A stretch of 64,000 nt of DNA from an uncultured Chloroflexia bacterium (GCA_963703345.1 OY969814.1:2080001-2144000), one strand, 5' to 3'. Numbered from the stretch's first letter, positions 17,730 to 27,860 are shown. Numbers and translations are program-made. The notes: generated by a model not told the origin, from the sequence alone.

Positions 17730-18647
17730 GTGTCGCGCCTACCCACCGTTCTTTCTCACAAAGCTGCCCTGGCGCTCGTTGCGCCGCTGCTTCTGGGCCT
17801 GGCCGTCTCGTGCGGGGGAACCGCGAGCCAGAGCGCCTCCGGCCAGGTGCGAGTGGTGACGTCGCTGAACCTCTTCGCCGACCTCATCCAGCACGTCGGC
17901 GGCGACAAGGTGCAGGTGACCGCCCTCGTTCCGGCCGATGCGGACCCCCACACGTACGAGCCGGTGCCGTCGCAGGTGGTGAAAGTCGCGCAGGCCGACC
18001 TGGTGCTGATCAACGGCCTGAATCTGGAGCAGACGCTTCACGACCTGATCTATAACAACGTGCGCGGCGGCGTGGCGGTAGTCGAGATGTCGGCCGGCCT
18101 GCCGACCATTGTCGGGACCGCCTCAGCGGGCGAGGCCGTCAACCCGCACCTGTGGCTGAACGTCCAGAACGCGATGCGGTACGTCGAGAGCATAAGGGAC
18201 GGACTGATTGCGGCGGACCCGCCGGACGCCGACACCTTCCGTGCCAACGCAACCGCGTACCTGTCCGAGCTGGACGCGCTCGACAAGGAGACGGAGGCCG
18301 CGATTCAAACGATACCACCGGAGAACCGCAAGCTCGTCACGTTCCACGACGCCTATCCCTATTTCGCCGACAGATACGGGCTGACGCTCATCGGGTTCGT
18401 CGTGCAGTCGGAAGGGAAGGAGGCGAGCGCACACGACATCGCCAACCTGATCGAGGAGGTCCGCGCCCAGCACGTCCCCACGGCGTTCGCGGAGCCCGAG
18501 TTCAACCCGCAGCTACTAAACGCGGTGGCGCAGGAGGCACACGTGCAGGTGAAGCAGCTCCTGAGCGACGCCTACTCCGGCGATGTTCATTCTTATGTCG
18601 ACTTGATTCGCTTCGACGCGCAGCAACTGGTGGACGGACTCCGATGA
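17730..18647 (+). CDS. Zn/Mn ABC transporter substrate-binding lipoprotein
   Basis: Lipobox AVSC, DPHTYEP, NPHLWL, HDAYPYF. Confidence 0.93.
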   Translation: MSRLPTVLSHKAALALVAPLLLGLAVSCGGTASQSASGQVRVVTSLNLFADLIQHVGGDKVQVTALVPADADPHTYEPVPSQVVKVAQADLVLINGLNLEQTLHDLIYNNVRGGVAVVEMSAGLPTIVGTASAGEAVNPHLWLNVQNAMRYVESIRDGLIAADPPDADTFRANATAYLSELDALDKETEAAIQTIPPENRKLVTFHDAYPYFADRYGLTLIGFVVQSEGKEASAHDIANLIEEVRAQHVPTAFAEPEFNPQLLNAVAQEAHVQVKQLLSDAYSGDVHSYVDLIRFDAQQLVDGLR

Positions 18648-19447
18648 GACTACTCCCATCCAAGCAAGCAGCGCAGCCGGCCGATGGCATGGCCGTCGCC
18701 GTCGAGGACGTCTGGGCAGGCTACGGCAACCGCATGGCGCTCCAGGGAATCGCCTTCGAGGCGCCGGCCGCGAGCATGGTGGCGCTGGTCGGGCCCAACG
18801 GCTCCGGCAAGTCAACACTCATCAAAGTGATTCTGGGCATGCACGGGCTGTGGCGCGGGCGCGTGCTCGTGTTCGGCCGGGAGCCGAAGAGCGCACGGCG
18901 GCTAATCGGCTACACGCCGCAGACGGAGTCGGTAGACTGGGAGTTCCCGGTCACGGTGCGCGACGTCGTGACGATGGGGCGCTTCGGCCGGCTGGGGCCC
19001 CTGCGCTGGCCCGGCGCGGAGGACAAGCGGGTCGTCCAGCAATGCCTGGAGCGCCTGGGCATTGTCGACCTGGCGAAGCGTCAGATCGGCGAGCTGTCCG
19101 GCGGCCAGCAGCGGCGGGTCCTTATCGCGCGGGCGCTGGCGCAAGAGCCGCTGGTGCTGCTGATGGACGAGCCGATGGCAGGGCTGGATGCGACGATCCA
19201 GCACGAGCTGCTGACGCTCTTCGAAGGGCTACGCGACGAGGGCAAGACACTGGTGATGGCAACGCACGACCTCTCCTGCGTCGATTGCTGCTTCGACCGC
19301 GTTCTGCTGATGAACCGGCGCAAGATTGCCTACGGCGAGCCGGAGAAGACGTTCACCAAGGAATTGCTTGACCAGACATTCGAAAGCCACCTGATAACGC
19401 TGCCTGTCGAGGGCGCATTCTACGTGGACCATCACGGCCATGCATGA
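18644..19447 (+). CDS. Zn/Mn ABC transporter ATPase
   Basis: GPNGSGKST, LSGGQQRR, LMDEP, THD; ATG overlaps upstream stop. Confidence 0.94.
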   Translation: MRLLPSKQAAQPADGMAVAVEDVWAGYGNRMALQGIAFEAPAASMVALVGPNGSGKSTLIKVILGMHGLWRGRVLVFGREPKSARRLIGYTPQTESVDWEFPVTVRDVVTMGRFGRLGPLRWPGAEDKRVVQQCLERLGIVDLAKRQIGELSGGQQRRVLIARALAQEPLVLLMDEPMAGLDATIQHELLTLFEGLRDEGKTLVMATHDLSCVDCCFDRVLLMNRRKIAYGEPEKTFTKELLDQTFESHLITLPVEGAFYVDHHGHA

Positions 19448-20345
19448 CATTTGGGCCTGGCTGTCAAACCCACTTCAGTACGCCTTCATGCAGCGCGCGC
19501 TACTGGCGCTGACAATGGTCAGCCTGGTAAGCGCGGTCATCGGCGCATTCGTCGTGCTCAAGGGGCTGGCGTTCATCGGCGACGCGCTGGCGCACGCCTC
19601 GTTTGGCGGCGTGGCCATCGCCTTCGTGCTCGGCGGCAGCATCTATCTCGGCGCGATGATCGCGGCGATCGCCACCGCCATGGCTATCGGCTACGTGGGG
19701 CGTCGCGCGCGCCTCAGCCTGGACACCGCGATCGGCATCATCTTCGTCGGCGTGTTCGCCCTGGGCGTCGTCGTTATCAGCCATCAGAGCAACTACACCG
19801 TGGACCTGTTCAGCTTCGTTTTCGGCAACGTTCTGGGCGTCGGACGGCACGATCTGCTGCTGATCGGCGCCATGGCGGCAGGGATAATCGCCGTCGTCGC
19901 GCTCTTCTACAAGGAGCTGCTCTTCTACGCGTACGACCCAGAGATGGCCGCCGCTTCCGGCATTCCGGTCCGAATCCTGCACTACGGATTGCTGGCGCTT
20001 ATCGCAATCGCCGCGGTCGTCGCTCTCAAGGCCGTGGGCATCATACTCGTCGTCGCCATGCTCATCACGCCGGCAGCCACGGCCGCGCTGCTGGTGCGGC
20101 GCCTCCACCTGATAATGATCGGCGGCGCGCTGCTGGGATTCGTTTCGTCCGTGGTCGGACTCTACGCCTCGTACTACGCCTCCGTCGCTACCGGCGCGTC
20201 GATAGTGCTGGTCGCGACGCTCTTCTTCACCCTGGCGCTGGTCTTCTCGCCGAAACGCGGGCTGCTGGCGGCCCTGCGCCATCCGGCGGCGCTCTACGAG
20301 CTCGACGCGCAACCGCTGCCGCCGACCCCGGCCGATCCGGCCTGA
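19440..20345 (+). CDS. Zn/Mn ABC transporter permease (ABC-3)
   Basis: GDALAHA, DPEMAAASG, VGIILV..LITPAATA; multi-TM. Confidence 0.94.
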   Translation: MHDIWAWLSNPLQYAFMQRALLALTMVSLVSAVIGAFVVLKGLAFIGDALAHASFGGVAIAFVLGGSIYLGAMIAAIATAMAIGYVGRRARLSLDTAIGIIFVGVFALGVVVISHQSNYTVDLFSFVFGNVLGVGRHDLLLIGAMAAGIIAVVALFYKELLFYAYDPEMAAASGIPVRILHYGLLALIAIAAVVALKAVGIILVVAMLITPAATAALLVRRLHLIMIGGALLGFVSSVVGLYASYYASVATGASIVLVATLFFTLALVFSPKRGLLAALRHPAALYELDAQPLPPTPADPA

Positions 20346-20408
20346 TTTCTTGCCTCCGTTCGCTTCGCTCGGGTAAGCTTAAGAGTAGGAGCACTTTTGC
20401 CGACCGGA

Positions 20409-21887
20409 ATGAAAGGCCCCGTGACGACCAAGACGAAACAACCCCTCGACAGGAAAGCGCGGCTGAAGCTGCCGCCCCAACCCATCGTCAGGCGGGCACC
20501 GGAGAGCCGCGTCAGGGACTGGGACGAGATCTACCTGCCGTGGGACGGCGAGACGGCGCGGCTGGAGGCGAGCCGCTGCATCCAGTGCCCGGCGGCGCCC
20601 TGCAGCAAGGCCTGCCCGCTCCATAACAAGATCCCGGAATACCTGGCGCTGCTGGAAGCCGGCGACGTCGTCGCGGCGGCGAACAAGCTGCGCGAGACGA
20701 GTCCGATGCCGGAGATATGCTCGCGGCTGTGCCCGCAGGAGCGCCAGTGCGAGGGATATTGCGTCCTGGCGAAGACCTCGCGCGCCGTCGCTATCGGGCG
20801 CATCGAGGTGTTCATCACCGACCACCAGCGCGAGCACGGCGGGCGTCCCCTGCCGGAGGTGGCGGCTCCGAGCGGCAAGCGAGTCGCAGTTGTCGGCGGC
20901 GGGCCCGCGGGGCTGACCGTCGCTGAAGAGCTCGCCAAGAAGGGCCACGCCTGCACCGTCTTCGATGCCTGGCCGGAGCCGGGCGGACTGCTCCTGTACG
21001 GAATCCCGGGCTTCAAGATGGACAAGGCGATTGTCGACGAGAAGATCGCCTTCCTCAAGAGGCTTGGCGTGGAGTTCAAGGCGAGCACGGTCGTCGGCGA
21101 GGACGTGACGGTGGACGGTTTGCTGAACGCCGGTTTCGATGCCGTCTTCCTCGGCTACGGCGCGACGAAAGAAACGCCGCTGCCCCTTCCCGGGCAGGGC
21201 ATCGACGGCGACTACGAGATGGCGGGCAACGAACTGGCCGGCGTCTACTGGGCGATGGACTTCCTTGTCCGAGCGAATGTGCCGGCGGAGAAGCTTCCGG
21301 AGACGATGAGACGGCCGGTCGAGATCAGCAGGCGCGTTGCGGTCATCGGCGGCGGCGACACCGCGATGGACTGCCTGCGCACGGCGCTGCGACTCGGCGC
21401 GGAGCAGGTGACCTGCGTGTATCGACGGACCGAGGCAGAGATGCCGGGTCGCGCCGCGGAGCGGACGAACGCGCGAGAGGAAGGGGCGCAGTTCCACTTC
21501 CTGGTGGCGCCGGTGCGACTCCTCGGCGACGCGACGCGACACGTTCGCAAGATGGAATGCCGGCGCATGGAGCTAGGCGAGCCCGACGAGAGCGGCCGCC
21601 GGCGTCCGATGCCGGTTGAGGGCTCGGAGTTCCTGGTCGACGCCGACACGGTCGTATTCGCGCTCGGCTTTGGCGTCGACGAGGCGCCGGCGCGAGGCTG
21701 CAATGGCTTGAAGACGGACCGCTGGGGCGAAGTCGTCGTGGACGCGGAGACCGGCGCGACGAGCCGTCCTGGCGTCTTCGCCGGCGGCGACTGCGCTCAT
21801 GGCGCCGACCTAGTCGTCACGGCCATCGCGGATGCGAAGCGCGCCGCGCAGGGGATCGACCGCTTCTTGAGCGAGCGGCAAGGCTAG
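20409..21887 (+). CDS. GltD/SudA/NfnB-like NAD(P)H-dependent Fe-S flavoprotein
   Basis: RCIQC..PC..ACP, CSRLCPQERQCE, GGGPAG, GGGDTAMD, FAGGD; no gltB in window. Confidence 0.9.
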   Translation: MKGPVTTKTKQPLDRKARLKLPPQPIVRRAPESRVRDWDEIYLPWDGETARLEASRCIQCPAAPCSKACPLHNKIPEYLALLEAGDVVAAANKLRETSPMPEICSRLCPQERQCEGYCVLAKTSRAVAIGRIEVFITDHQREHGGRPLPEVAAPSGKRVAVVGGGPAGLTVAEELAKKGHACTVFDAWPEPGGLLLYGIPGFKMDKAIVDEKIAFLKRLGVEFKASTVVGEDVTVDGLLNAGFDAVFLGYGATKETPLPLPGQGIDGDYEMAGNELAGVYWAMDFLVRANVPAEKLPETMRRPVEISRRVAVIGGGDTAMDCLRTALRLGAEQVTCVYRRTEAEMPGRAAERTNAREEGAQFHFLVAPVRLLGDATRHVRKMECRRMELGEPDESGRRRPMPVEGSEFLVDADTVVFALGFGVDEAPARGCNGLKTDRWGEVVVDAETGATSRPGVFAGGDCAHGADLVVTAIADAKRAAQGIDRFLSERQG

Positions 21888-21946
21888 GGCGGGAAGCGTT
21901 TCGTCCAATCAGTCAGCCCCTTTCGAGGGAAGGAGTCCACGAGGAG

Positions 21947-22420
21947 GTGGTCGCAACGGCAGAGATAGCAGTTGGTCAGCCGGCGCCGGACTTCGCGCTG
22001 CCGGATGAGAACGGCAAGATGGTGCGGCTTTGGGATCAGCGCGGCAGCCCCGTCGTGCTGGTCTTTCACCCGGCGGCATTCTCTTCGGTCTGCACCGATG
22101 AACTGTGCGCCTACCGCGACGACTACTCAGAGTTCGAGGCCAAGGGCGCGAAGGTGTTCAGCCTCAGTCGCGATACCCACTGGACGCTGAAGGCATGGAA
22201 AGAGGCGATGGGATTCAAGCATACGCTTCTCTCCGACATGAAGGGCGAGGTGGCGCGCCTCTACGGCTGCTGGAACGAAGCGCTGGGGCTGGCGGAGCGT
22301 CTTACCGTCGTCATCGATAAGGACGGATTCATACGCTACACCACGCGCAGCGAGATGCTCCAGCCGCGCGATCACCGCGAGGCGCTGGAGGCAATCGAAG
22401 GCCCAGCGAAGACCGCTTGA
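21947..22420 (+). CDS. Peroxiredoxin (AhpE/BCP-like)
   Basis: APDF.L, FHPAAFSSVCTDE, ER.TVVID. Confidence 0.9.
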   Translation: MVATAEIAVGQPAPDFALPDENGKMVRLWDQRGSPVVLVFHPAAFSSVCTDELCAYRDDYSEFEAKGAKVFSLSRDTHWTLKAWKEAMGFKHTLLSDMKGEVARLYGCWNEALGLAERLTVVIDKDGFIRYTTRSEMLQPRDHREALEAIEGPAKTA

Positions 22421-22434
22421 CCACGAAGGAAGAC

Positions 22435-22902
22435 ATGGAAGAACAGAAACCCGAACGACACTACTGCTTCGGCTGTAGCAAGCGTAACCCGCTGGGGCTG
22501 CATCTATCCTTCCAAATGGAGAACGGCGAGGTGAAGGCCTCCTTCACGCCGCAGGCGGAGCACCAGGGATGGCCCGGCTTTGTGCACGGCGGCCTGGTCG
22601 CGACGATGCTCGACGAGGCGATGGGCTGGGTCACCATGAGCCACGGCATCTGGGCGGTGACCGGCAAGATCAACGTCCGCTATCGCGACCCGGTGCCGCT
22701 GTTTCGGCCGGTAAGCGTCGTCGGGATGATCGAGAAGAACCGGCGGAGCTGGGTGACCGTGCGGGCGGAAGTGCGCTCAGCCGAAGGCGTCGTGCTCTCG
22801 GAGGCGGACGCCATTTTCATGCGCGTCTCGGGCGAGCGGCAAGTGGAGCTGGAAGAGATCTACCGCGACATGACGCTGGAGGACGTGGCGCAAAGGTCTT
22901 GA
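22435..22902 (+). CDS. PaaI-family hotdog thioesterase
   Basis: CFGC..NP.GL, HQGWPGFVHGG..TMLDE. Confidence 0.9.
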   Translation: MEEQKPERHYCFGCSKRNPLGLHLSFQMENGEVKASFTPQAEHQGWPGFVHGGLVATMLDEAMGWVTMSHGIWAVTGKINVRYRDPVPLFRPVSVVGMIEKNRRSWVTVRAEVRSAEGVVLSEADAIFMRVSGERQVELEEIYRDMTLEDVAQRS

Positions 22903-22915
22903 GCGCTGACTTAGC

Positions 22916-24100
22916 ATGGGCAGGATAATCCTATACACGGGCAAGGGAGGCGTTGGGAAGACGACGGTCTCCGCCGCGACGGCGCTGCGGGCCGCCGAGC
23001 TGGGGCATCGCACCGTGGTCCTCAGCACCGACGCCGCGCACAGCCTCGCCGACTCCTTCGACACGCCGCTCGGCCCGGAGCCGACGCAGGTTGCCGAGAA
23101 CCTCTGGGCGCAGGAAAGCGACGTCTATTTCAACATCAAGAACTGGTGGGGGATCGTCCAGGAGTGGCTGACGGCGCTGCTTGTCTGGCAGGGCATGCAG
23201 GAGATGGAGGCGGAAGAGGTGGCGGTGCTGCCCGGTATGGAGGAGCTGGCGAACCTGCTCTGGATCACGCGCAACTACGAAAGCGGCAAGTTCGACACCG
23301 TTGTCGTCGACTGCGCGCCGACAGGGCAAGCGCTGTCGCTGCTCAGCTTTCCGGAAGCGGCGCGCTGGTGGATCGACAAGGTGCTGCCGGTTGAGCGGCG
23401 ACTGGCGAAGATAGCGGGGCCGGTGGTGCGCGGTCTGACGGGCATGCCGGTGCCGAAGAAGGAAGTCTTCGACGCCGCGGAGGAGCTGTGGGCGCGGTTG
23501 GCTGAACTGCACGACCTCCTTTCGGACCGCGAGGTGTCAACGGTGCGGCTGGTCATCAATCCGGAGAAGATGGTCATCAAGGAGGCGCAGCGCAGCTTCA
23601 CCTATCTCAACTTGTACGGCTACGTGACCGATGCCGTGGTCTGCAATCGCCTGCTGCCGCGGGAAATCGAGGACGACTACTTCTCGCGCTGGCAGGAGGC
23701 GCAGAAACGCTACCGCCGGCAGATCGACGAGGCGTTCTCGCCGCTGCCGGTGCTTACGGCGCCACTGCTGGAGCACGAGGTGGTGGGCATGGAAGGGCTG
23801 CGCGAGATGGCGGACCACCTGTTCGGCGGCGGCGACCCGACTCGCATCTACTATCCCGCCGTCGCGCAGGAGGTGCGGGCCTTAGACGGCGGATACGTCC
23901 TCAGCCTGGGCATGCCGTTCGTCGAGCGGGAAGACGTGTCGCTGGCGCAGCGCGGCGATGAACTGACGGTTCGCGTCGGCCGCTATAAGCGGCAGGTGCT
24001 GCTACCGCGGGCGCTGGCCGGTCGGCGGGCGGTATCAGCGAAAATGGACGGCGACCGCCTGACCATCGCCTTCAGCCGAAACGACCAAACACGTTCATAG
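22916..24100 (+). CDS. ArsA/Get3-family ATPase with C-terminal alpha-crystallin-like domain
   Basis: GKGGVGKT, STDAAHSL, DCAPTG, single ATPase domain plus HSP20-like tail. Confidence 0.9.
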   Translation: MGRIILYTGKGGVGKTTVSAATALRAAELGHRTVVLSTDAAHSLADSFDTPLGPEPTQVAENLWAQESDVYFNIKNWWGIVQEWLTALLVWQGMQEMEAEEVAVLPGMEELANLLWITRNYESGKFDTVVVDCAPTGQALSLLSFPEAARWWIDKVLPVERRLAKIAGPVVRGLTGMPVPKKEVFDAAEELWARLAELHDLLSDREVSTVRLVINPEKMVIKEAQRSFTYLNLYGYVTDAVVCNRLLPREIEDDYFSRWQEAQKRYRRQIDEAFSPLPVLTAPLLEHEVVGMEGLREMADHLFGGGDPTRIYYPAVAQEVRALDGGYVLSLGMPFVEREDVSLAQRGDELTVRVGRYKRQVLLPRALAGRRAVSAKMDGDRLTIAFSRNDQTRS

Positions 24101-24128
24101 CCGAGACTTTCCAGTCTTGGCGGTTGCC

Positions 24129-25049
24129 CTACCTCAGAAGCCAGCCACCGTCTTCGAATCCGGCCTCTGCCGTCGGACAGAGCAGTTGCGTTTCGCCGGC
24201 GCGTCGAATCGTGTAGTGGAGGTGCGGCGCCTCGCTGTAGCCGCTGCTGCCGCTGTAGCCGATAACGTCGCCGCGCTTCACCGGCCAGCGCGCTACGGGC
24301 GTGAAGACGCGAAAGTCGCGCATGGAGGCGAAGAGCGACACGTAGTCCGAGTCGTGGGCGTAGCCGGGCAGGAAGGCGGCAGCCGCCACGCCGGCGATTG
24401 TCGGCGCCGGGTCGAGGTGGCCGTAGTCGGTGACGAAGCTGTCGTTTCCCACTTCGACGAAGACGCCCTTACCGCCGCTCGCGCCGGCAAACGGCGCCAC
24501 GGGCGCGCGCAATCGGTCGGGGTTACCCATGTACGGTTCGCCGTTCACGCCGTAATAGTCGAAGGCGCCGGCGACGGTCACGATGTTCAGTGTCGCGATG
24601 CCATCCATCGTTGCGTGGACAGGCGTGCCGGTTGGAACGTACCAGTTGACCGCCGGCTGCCCCTCGTACTCAACATGTGTACGGCAGTCCCAGCCGGCGT
24701 TGTTTGCCCGCTCCGGGTCGTCCGACGGCTGGTCGTCGCTGGTGTACGACAACGCATCCGGCCCGGCGTCCCAGGCGATGCTCCGGTCCGGCGACTGACC
24801 GACGACGAGCCCCAGCTTCAGCGTCAGATCGATGGGGAAGCCGCGCGGTTCGAGTGGCGCGACGACCGGCACTGGACTTGGCGTTGCGGAAGGAGACGGC
24901 AGCGGCGATGGCGTGAGCCTGGCAGTGGGACGCGAGCTCGCAGACGGCGACGCAGGGGGCGTGCTGGTAGCGGTCCGGTCGGCGCGACCGCAGGCGGTGG
25001 TCGTGAGCGCGACAAGAAGGACCCGCGCAATTGCCAGGCGTCTGTTCAT
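24129..25049 (-). CDS. Lipoprotein with M23-peptidase-like domain
   Basis: Lipobox TTAC, Ser/Pro linker, GTPVHATMDG, YGHL, VKRGDVIGYSG.SG.S.APHLHY. Confidence 0.75.
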   Translation of the reverse strand: MNRRLAIARVLLVALTTTACGRADRTATSTPPASPSASSRPTARLTPSPLPSPSATPSPVPVVAPLEPRGFPIDLTLKLGLVVGQSPDRSIAWDAGPDALSYTSDDQPSDDPERANNAGWDCRTHVEYEGQPAVNWYVPTGTPVHATMDGIATLNIVTVAGAFDYYGVNGEPYMGNPDRLRAPVAPFAGASGGKGVFVEVGNDSFVTDYGHLDPAPTIAGVAAAAFLPGYAHDSDYVSLFASMRDFRVFTPVARWPVKRGDVIGYSGSSGYSEAPHLHYTIRRAGETQLLCPTAEAGFEDGGWLLR

Positions 25050-25173
25050 CGTCTCCGCCTCGCTCCGCCGAAAGCATAACGCACGAGGGGCCGGCGGCAA
25101 ACCGCGGCGTCGGGTGAAAATGCGGGAGATCGCGAACAGACTGACAGCGGTTCGGACCGATAACATGAGTGTC

Positions 25174-25362
25174 ATGAATGGCTTTTATGTAGGCGCAGCC
25201 GTCGCAGTGGGCATCGAGGTCGGGGCGACAATCGTCAGCCCCTAGCTGGAACTCAGTCAGGTGCTGATGCTCATGTTCTTCTTCGGCGCGATCTTCGGCT
25301 TTGTCTTTCACCTCTACAAGATGGCCTTCAGCGGTTCACGCTTGCCCTTCCGGCGTCCGTAG
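25174..25362 (+). pseudogene. Small 2-TM protein gene with in-frame TAG (paralog of 31343-31531)
   Basis: MNGFYVG...VSP*LELSQ...FHLYKMAF..PFRRP aligns without gaps to the 62-aa ORF at 31343; TAG at 25243-25245. Confidence 0.7.
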
Positions 25363-25473
25363 CAGCAAACGCGCCTCACGCCTTCCACCCCGGCAGTCTC
25401 GCCTTGACAGACTAACTGGCCTCGCCTAGTCTGAGAAAAAGCATCGAGCATTTCCCACACTCTCCCCGCACAG

Positions 25474-26946
25474 TTGGAGCCGGCATTGCTGAAGGGACTG
25501 GCGACAATCGGACTTCTGGCGGCGCTGGCGGCCGCGTTCCCCGCGCACGCGCAGTCGCCCTTGACCGTCGATGTGACGCAGGTCATAACCAGCGCCTATC
25601 CCGACGTAACCGCTGTCGTCACTGTGCGCGATGCGGCGGGCGCGCCCATAGGCGGACTGAGCGCCTCGAACTTCTCGGCGAGCGAGGGCGGGAACCCGGT
25701 CGCCGTGACGTCCGTGCAGGCGGCCGTCAACGCCGATGTCGGCCTCGCGGTCGTGCTCGTTATGGACACGAGCGGCAGCATGGCGGGAGCGCCGCTATCG
25801 CTTGCCGAGGAGGCAGCGGTCAGCCTGGTCAACAGCCTCCTGCCGAAGGACGGCGCTATCGTCATTCCCTTCGCCGACAACGTCGGCGCGCCCAGCCCTC
25901 TGACCGCCGACAAGCAGGCTCTGGCGGCGACGCTGCGCGGCCTTCAGGCGGGCGGCTCGACGGCGCTGTACGATGCGGTGGTGGCTGCGGCGCAATCGGC
26001 GAAGAGCGCGCCGCTGCCACGCAAGGTCGTCGTCCTCCTTACCGATGGCCAGGAATCGGGGAACCGCAGCGCGGCGGACGTGGACGGCTCGCTGAGCGCG
26101 GCGGTTAGCTCCGCGGTGCCGTTCTTCACCATCGGTCTCGGTAACGACATCAATGTGCTCTACTTGCAGGCGCTTGCGCAGCGCACCGGCGGCGAGTTCC
26201 TGGCGGCGCCGGCGCCTGGGGACATCCCATCAGTCTACGATCACATCGGCATCATGTTGCGCTCACAGTACCTGGTGCGACTGCAGCTCAGCGCGCCCGC
26301 GGACGGCGGGACATCGGACCTTACACTGACGGTCAATTCAGGCGGAGCATCAGCCAGCGGCTCGGCGCAATTCGTTCGGCCGGGCGTGGCATCAACCGCG
26401 ACGCCGCAGCAGGCGTCAGAAGCTGTCGGGGACACGACGAGCAACGGCGCTGGACCGAACCCGGCGCTTTTCGGGCTTGCCGGCGCGATGGCCGTGCTTC
26501 TCGTGGGCGGCGGTGTCCTCGGTGTGCGACGCATGCGACGCAGCGGGATGGCGGCAGGGGAGTCGGGCGCGACGACGGCCAGCCGCTCCTACACACCGCC
26601 GCCGGTCGCTGCCTGGGAAAGCGAGTCGCCGCCGACGGCCTATCTCGTAGTCGTCGACGGGCCGGACAAGGGGAAGAGCGTTCCGCTGGGCGAGGAGGCG
26701 GTCACCCTCGGCGCCGACGCCGATTGCGCGCTTTCGCTTGCCAATCCCGACGGCCGTGTCGGCGGCCATCACGCGCGGGTCTGGCTGCGCGAAGGGCACT
26801 TCATGCTGCACCACCTGGAAGGCTCACGCTTCATGACGCAGGTGGGGGAGCGCCAGGTGGCGTGGGCGGTGCTGGAGGACGGCGACGAGATCGTCATCGG
26901 GCCGCACAGGCTGCGCTTCGAGGCGACGACGAGGGGCGAAGAGTAG
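25474..26946 (+). CDS. Signal peptide + vWA + TM + cytoplasmic FHA-like domain protein
   Basis: AHA signal cleavage site, MIDAS DTSGS/T/LTDG, TM, C-terminal LEDGDEIVIG FHA fold. Confidence 0.85.
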   Translation: MEPALLKGLATIGLLAALAAAFPAHAQSPLTVDVTQVITSAYPDVTAVVTVRDAAGAPIGGLSASNFSASEGGNPVAVTSVQAAVNADVGLAVVLVMDTSGSMAGAPLSLAEEAAVSLVNSLLPKDGAIVIPFADNVGAPSPLTADKQALAATLRGLQAGGSTALYDAVVAAAQSAKSAPLPRKVVVLLTDGQESGNRSAADVDGSLSAAVSSAVPFFTIGLGNDINVLYLQALAQRTGGEFLAAPAPGDIPSVYDHIGIMLRSQYLVRLQLSAPADGGTSDLTLTVNSGGASASGSAQFVRPGVASTATPQQASEAVGDTTSNGAGPNPALFGLAGAMAVLLVGGGVLGVRRMRRSGMAAGESGATTASRSYTPPPVAAWESESPPTAYLVVVDGPDKGKSVPLGEEAVTLGADADCALSLANPDGRVGGHHARVWLREGHFMLHHLEGSRFMTQVGERQVAWAVLEDGDEIVIGPHRLRFEATTRGEE

Positions 26947-26996
26947 CGCTACGCTTGTAGCGGGCTTTCCGTCTGCAGCCTTCGATGCGATGCAGC

Positions 26997-27024
26997 GTTT
27001 ACGCTGTGTTTACAAAAGTTTACA
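26997..27024. repeat. Three phased GTTTAC(A) direct repeats (candidate integrase arm-type sites)
   Basis: GTTTAC at 26997, 27008 and 27018 in an AT-rich patch at the edge of the phage-like cassette. Confidence 0.45.
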
Positions 27025-27100
27025 CAAAAGCCCCTAAAAAGGCGCCAATTGCGATTTCCGCTGAGGGCGAGCGTCCGGGCTCCGTCTAGAGGGCTCTCGT

Positions 27101-27598
27101 CTAGGAGATTCGAACGTACCGCCGGTCCACGACGATCGTTATTCCCGGCACCACTTCACCTGTCTGCCGGAAGTGCTCCAGGATCTGAGAACGGTCAATC
27201 TCGACTTTGATCCGCCGGAACTCCTCTGGTACGTCGCCCACGCACACGATGTCACAGGAAAGAGGAGCTTTGGCCAGGGACACCGTCAGCGTCGGCCCGC
27301 TCACCTTTTCCCGAGTCACCGCCTCCATCTCCCCAAGCAGATAGCGCTTGAGCCAGTCAATGCGGCCTGCGAGATGCCTCTTCCGCCCCTGCAGCCTGTC
27401 CACTTCCGCGGCAAGAACCGTCACGTCGGCCGCCATGGACCGGATGATCTTGGCGATGCTCAACACCTTCTCGTCAAAGGCGCCACCGAGACCACTTAAC
27501 AGATCGAGATAACGAGTCTCATCCTCGCCATCTCCAGAGGCTTCGCTGAGCTCTTCAAGGACGGAGCGATAAGCATCGGTCAATTCATACAGCTTCAT
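27101..27598 (-). CDS. Siphovirus Gp157-family protein
   Basis: MKLYEL..Y start, EKV.SIA..IR, coiled coil, LK.YL...M, VP.EF, ID...I..G..VPG. Confidence 0.8.
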   Translation of the reverse strand: MKLYELTDAYRSVLEELSEASGDGEDETRYLDLLSGLGGAFDEKVLSIAKIIRSMAADVTVLAAEVDRLQGRKRHLAGRIDWLKRYLLGEMEAVTREKVSGPTLTVSLAKAPLSCDIVCVGDVPEEFRRIKVEIDRSQILEHFRQTGEVVPGITIVVDRRYVRIS

Positions 27599-27846
27599 TG
27601 TTCTTGCCCCTCTCTCGCCAGCCTCATCCTCAAGGCCATAGCGTGCTTGCACACCCCTCGATATGTGTAAGCCGCACAGCTGCAACGAATGTGACCCCAG
27701 GGGCTGACGTCTAGTTCAAAATAGGAGCCCGGCTCGGCGGTGCGGCTGCGCGCCAGGTAGCGACTAGTCCCTGCCAACTTGACCAGGCGGACCCGCTCGG
27801 CAACAGCTCGAGCCTTCGCACGGGTTTCCAGTTCAGAAGGTTCCAT
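27595..27846 (-). CDS. SWIM zinc-finger protein
   Basis: CSC(x8)CKH SWIM signature; stop overlaps the Gp157 start. Confidence 0.75.
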   Translation of the reverse strand: MEPSELETRAKARAVAERVRLVKLAGTSRYLARSRTAEPGSYFELDVSPWGHIRCSCAAYTYRGVCKHAMALRMRLAREGQEQ

Positions 27847-27860
27847 GGCCCGCACCCCGG

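Noticed and set aside
22916-24100. Arsenic resistance locus
   Set aside because: No arsB, acr3, arsC or arsR nearby; single-domain Get3-like architecture with alpha-crystallin tail
25243-25245. Pyrrolysine or genome-wide TAG recoding
   Set aside because: Many conserved genes here (rny, purN, flp) end normally at TAG and no pyl genes are visible; kept only as an unexplained in-frame stop
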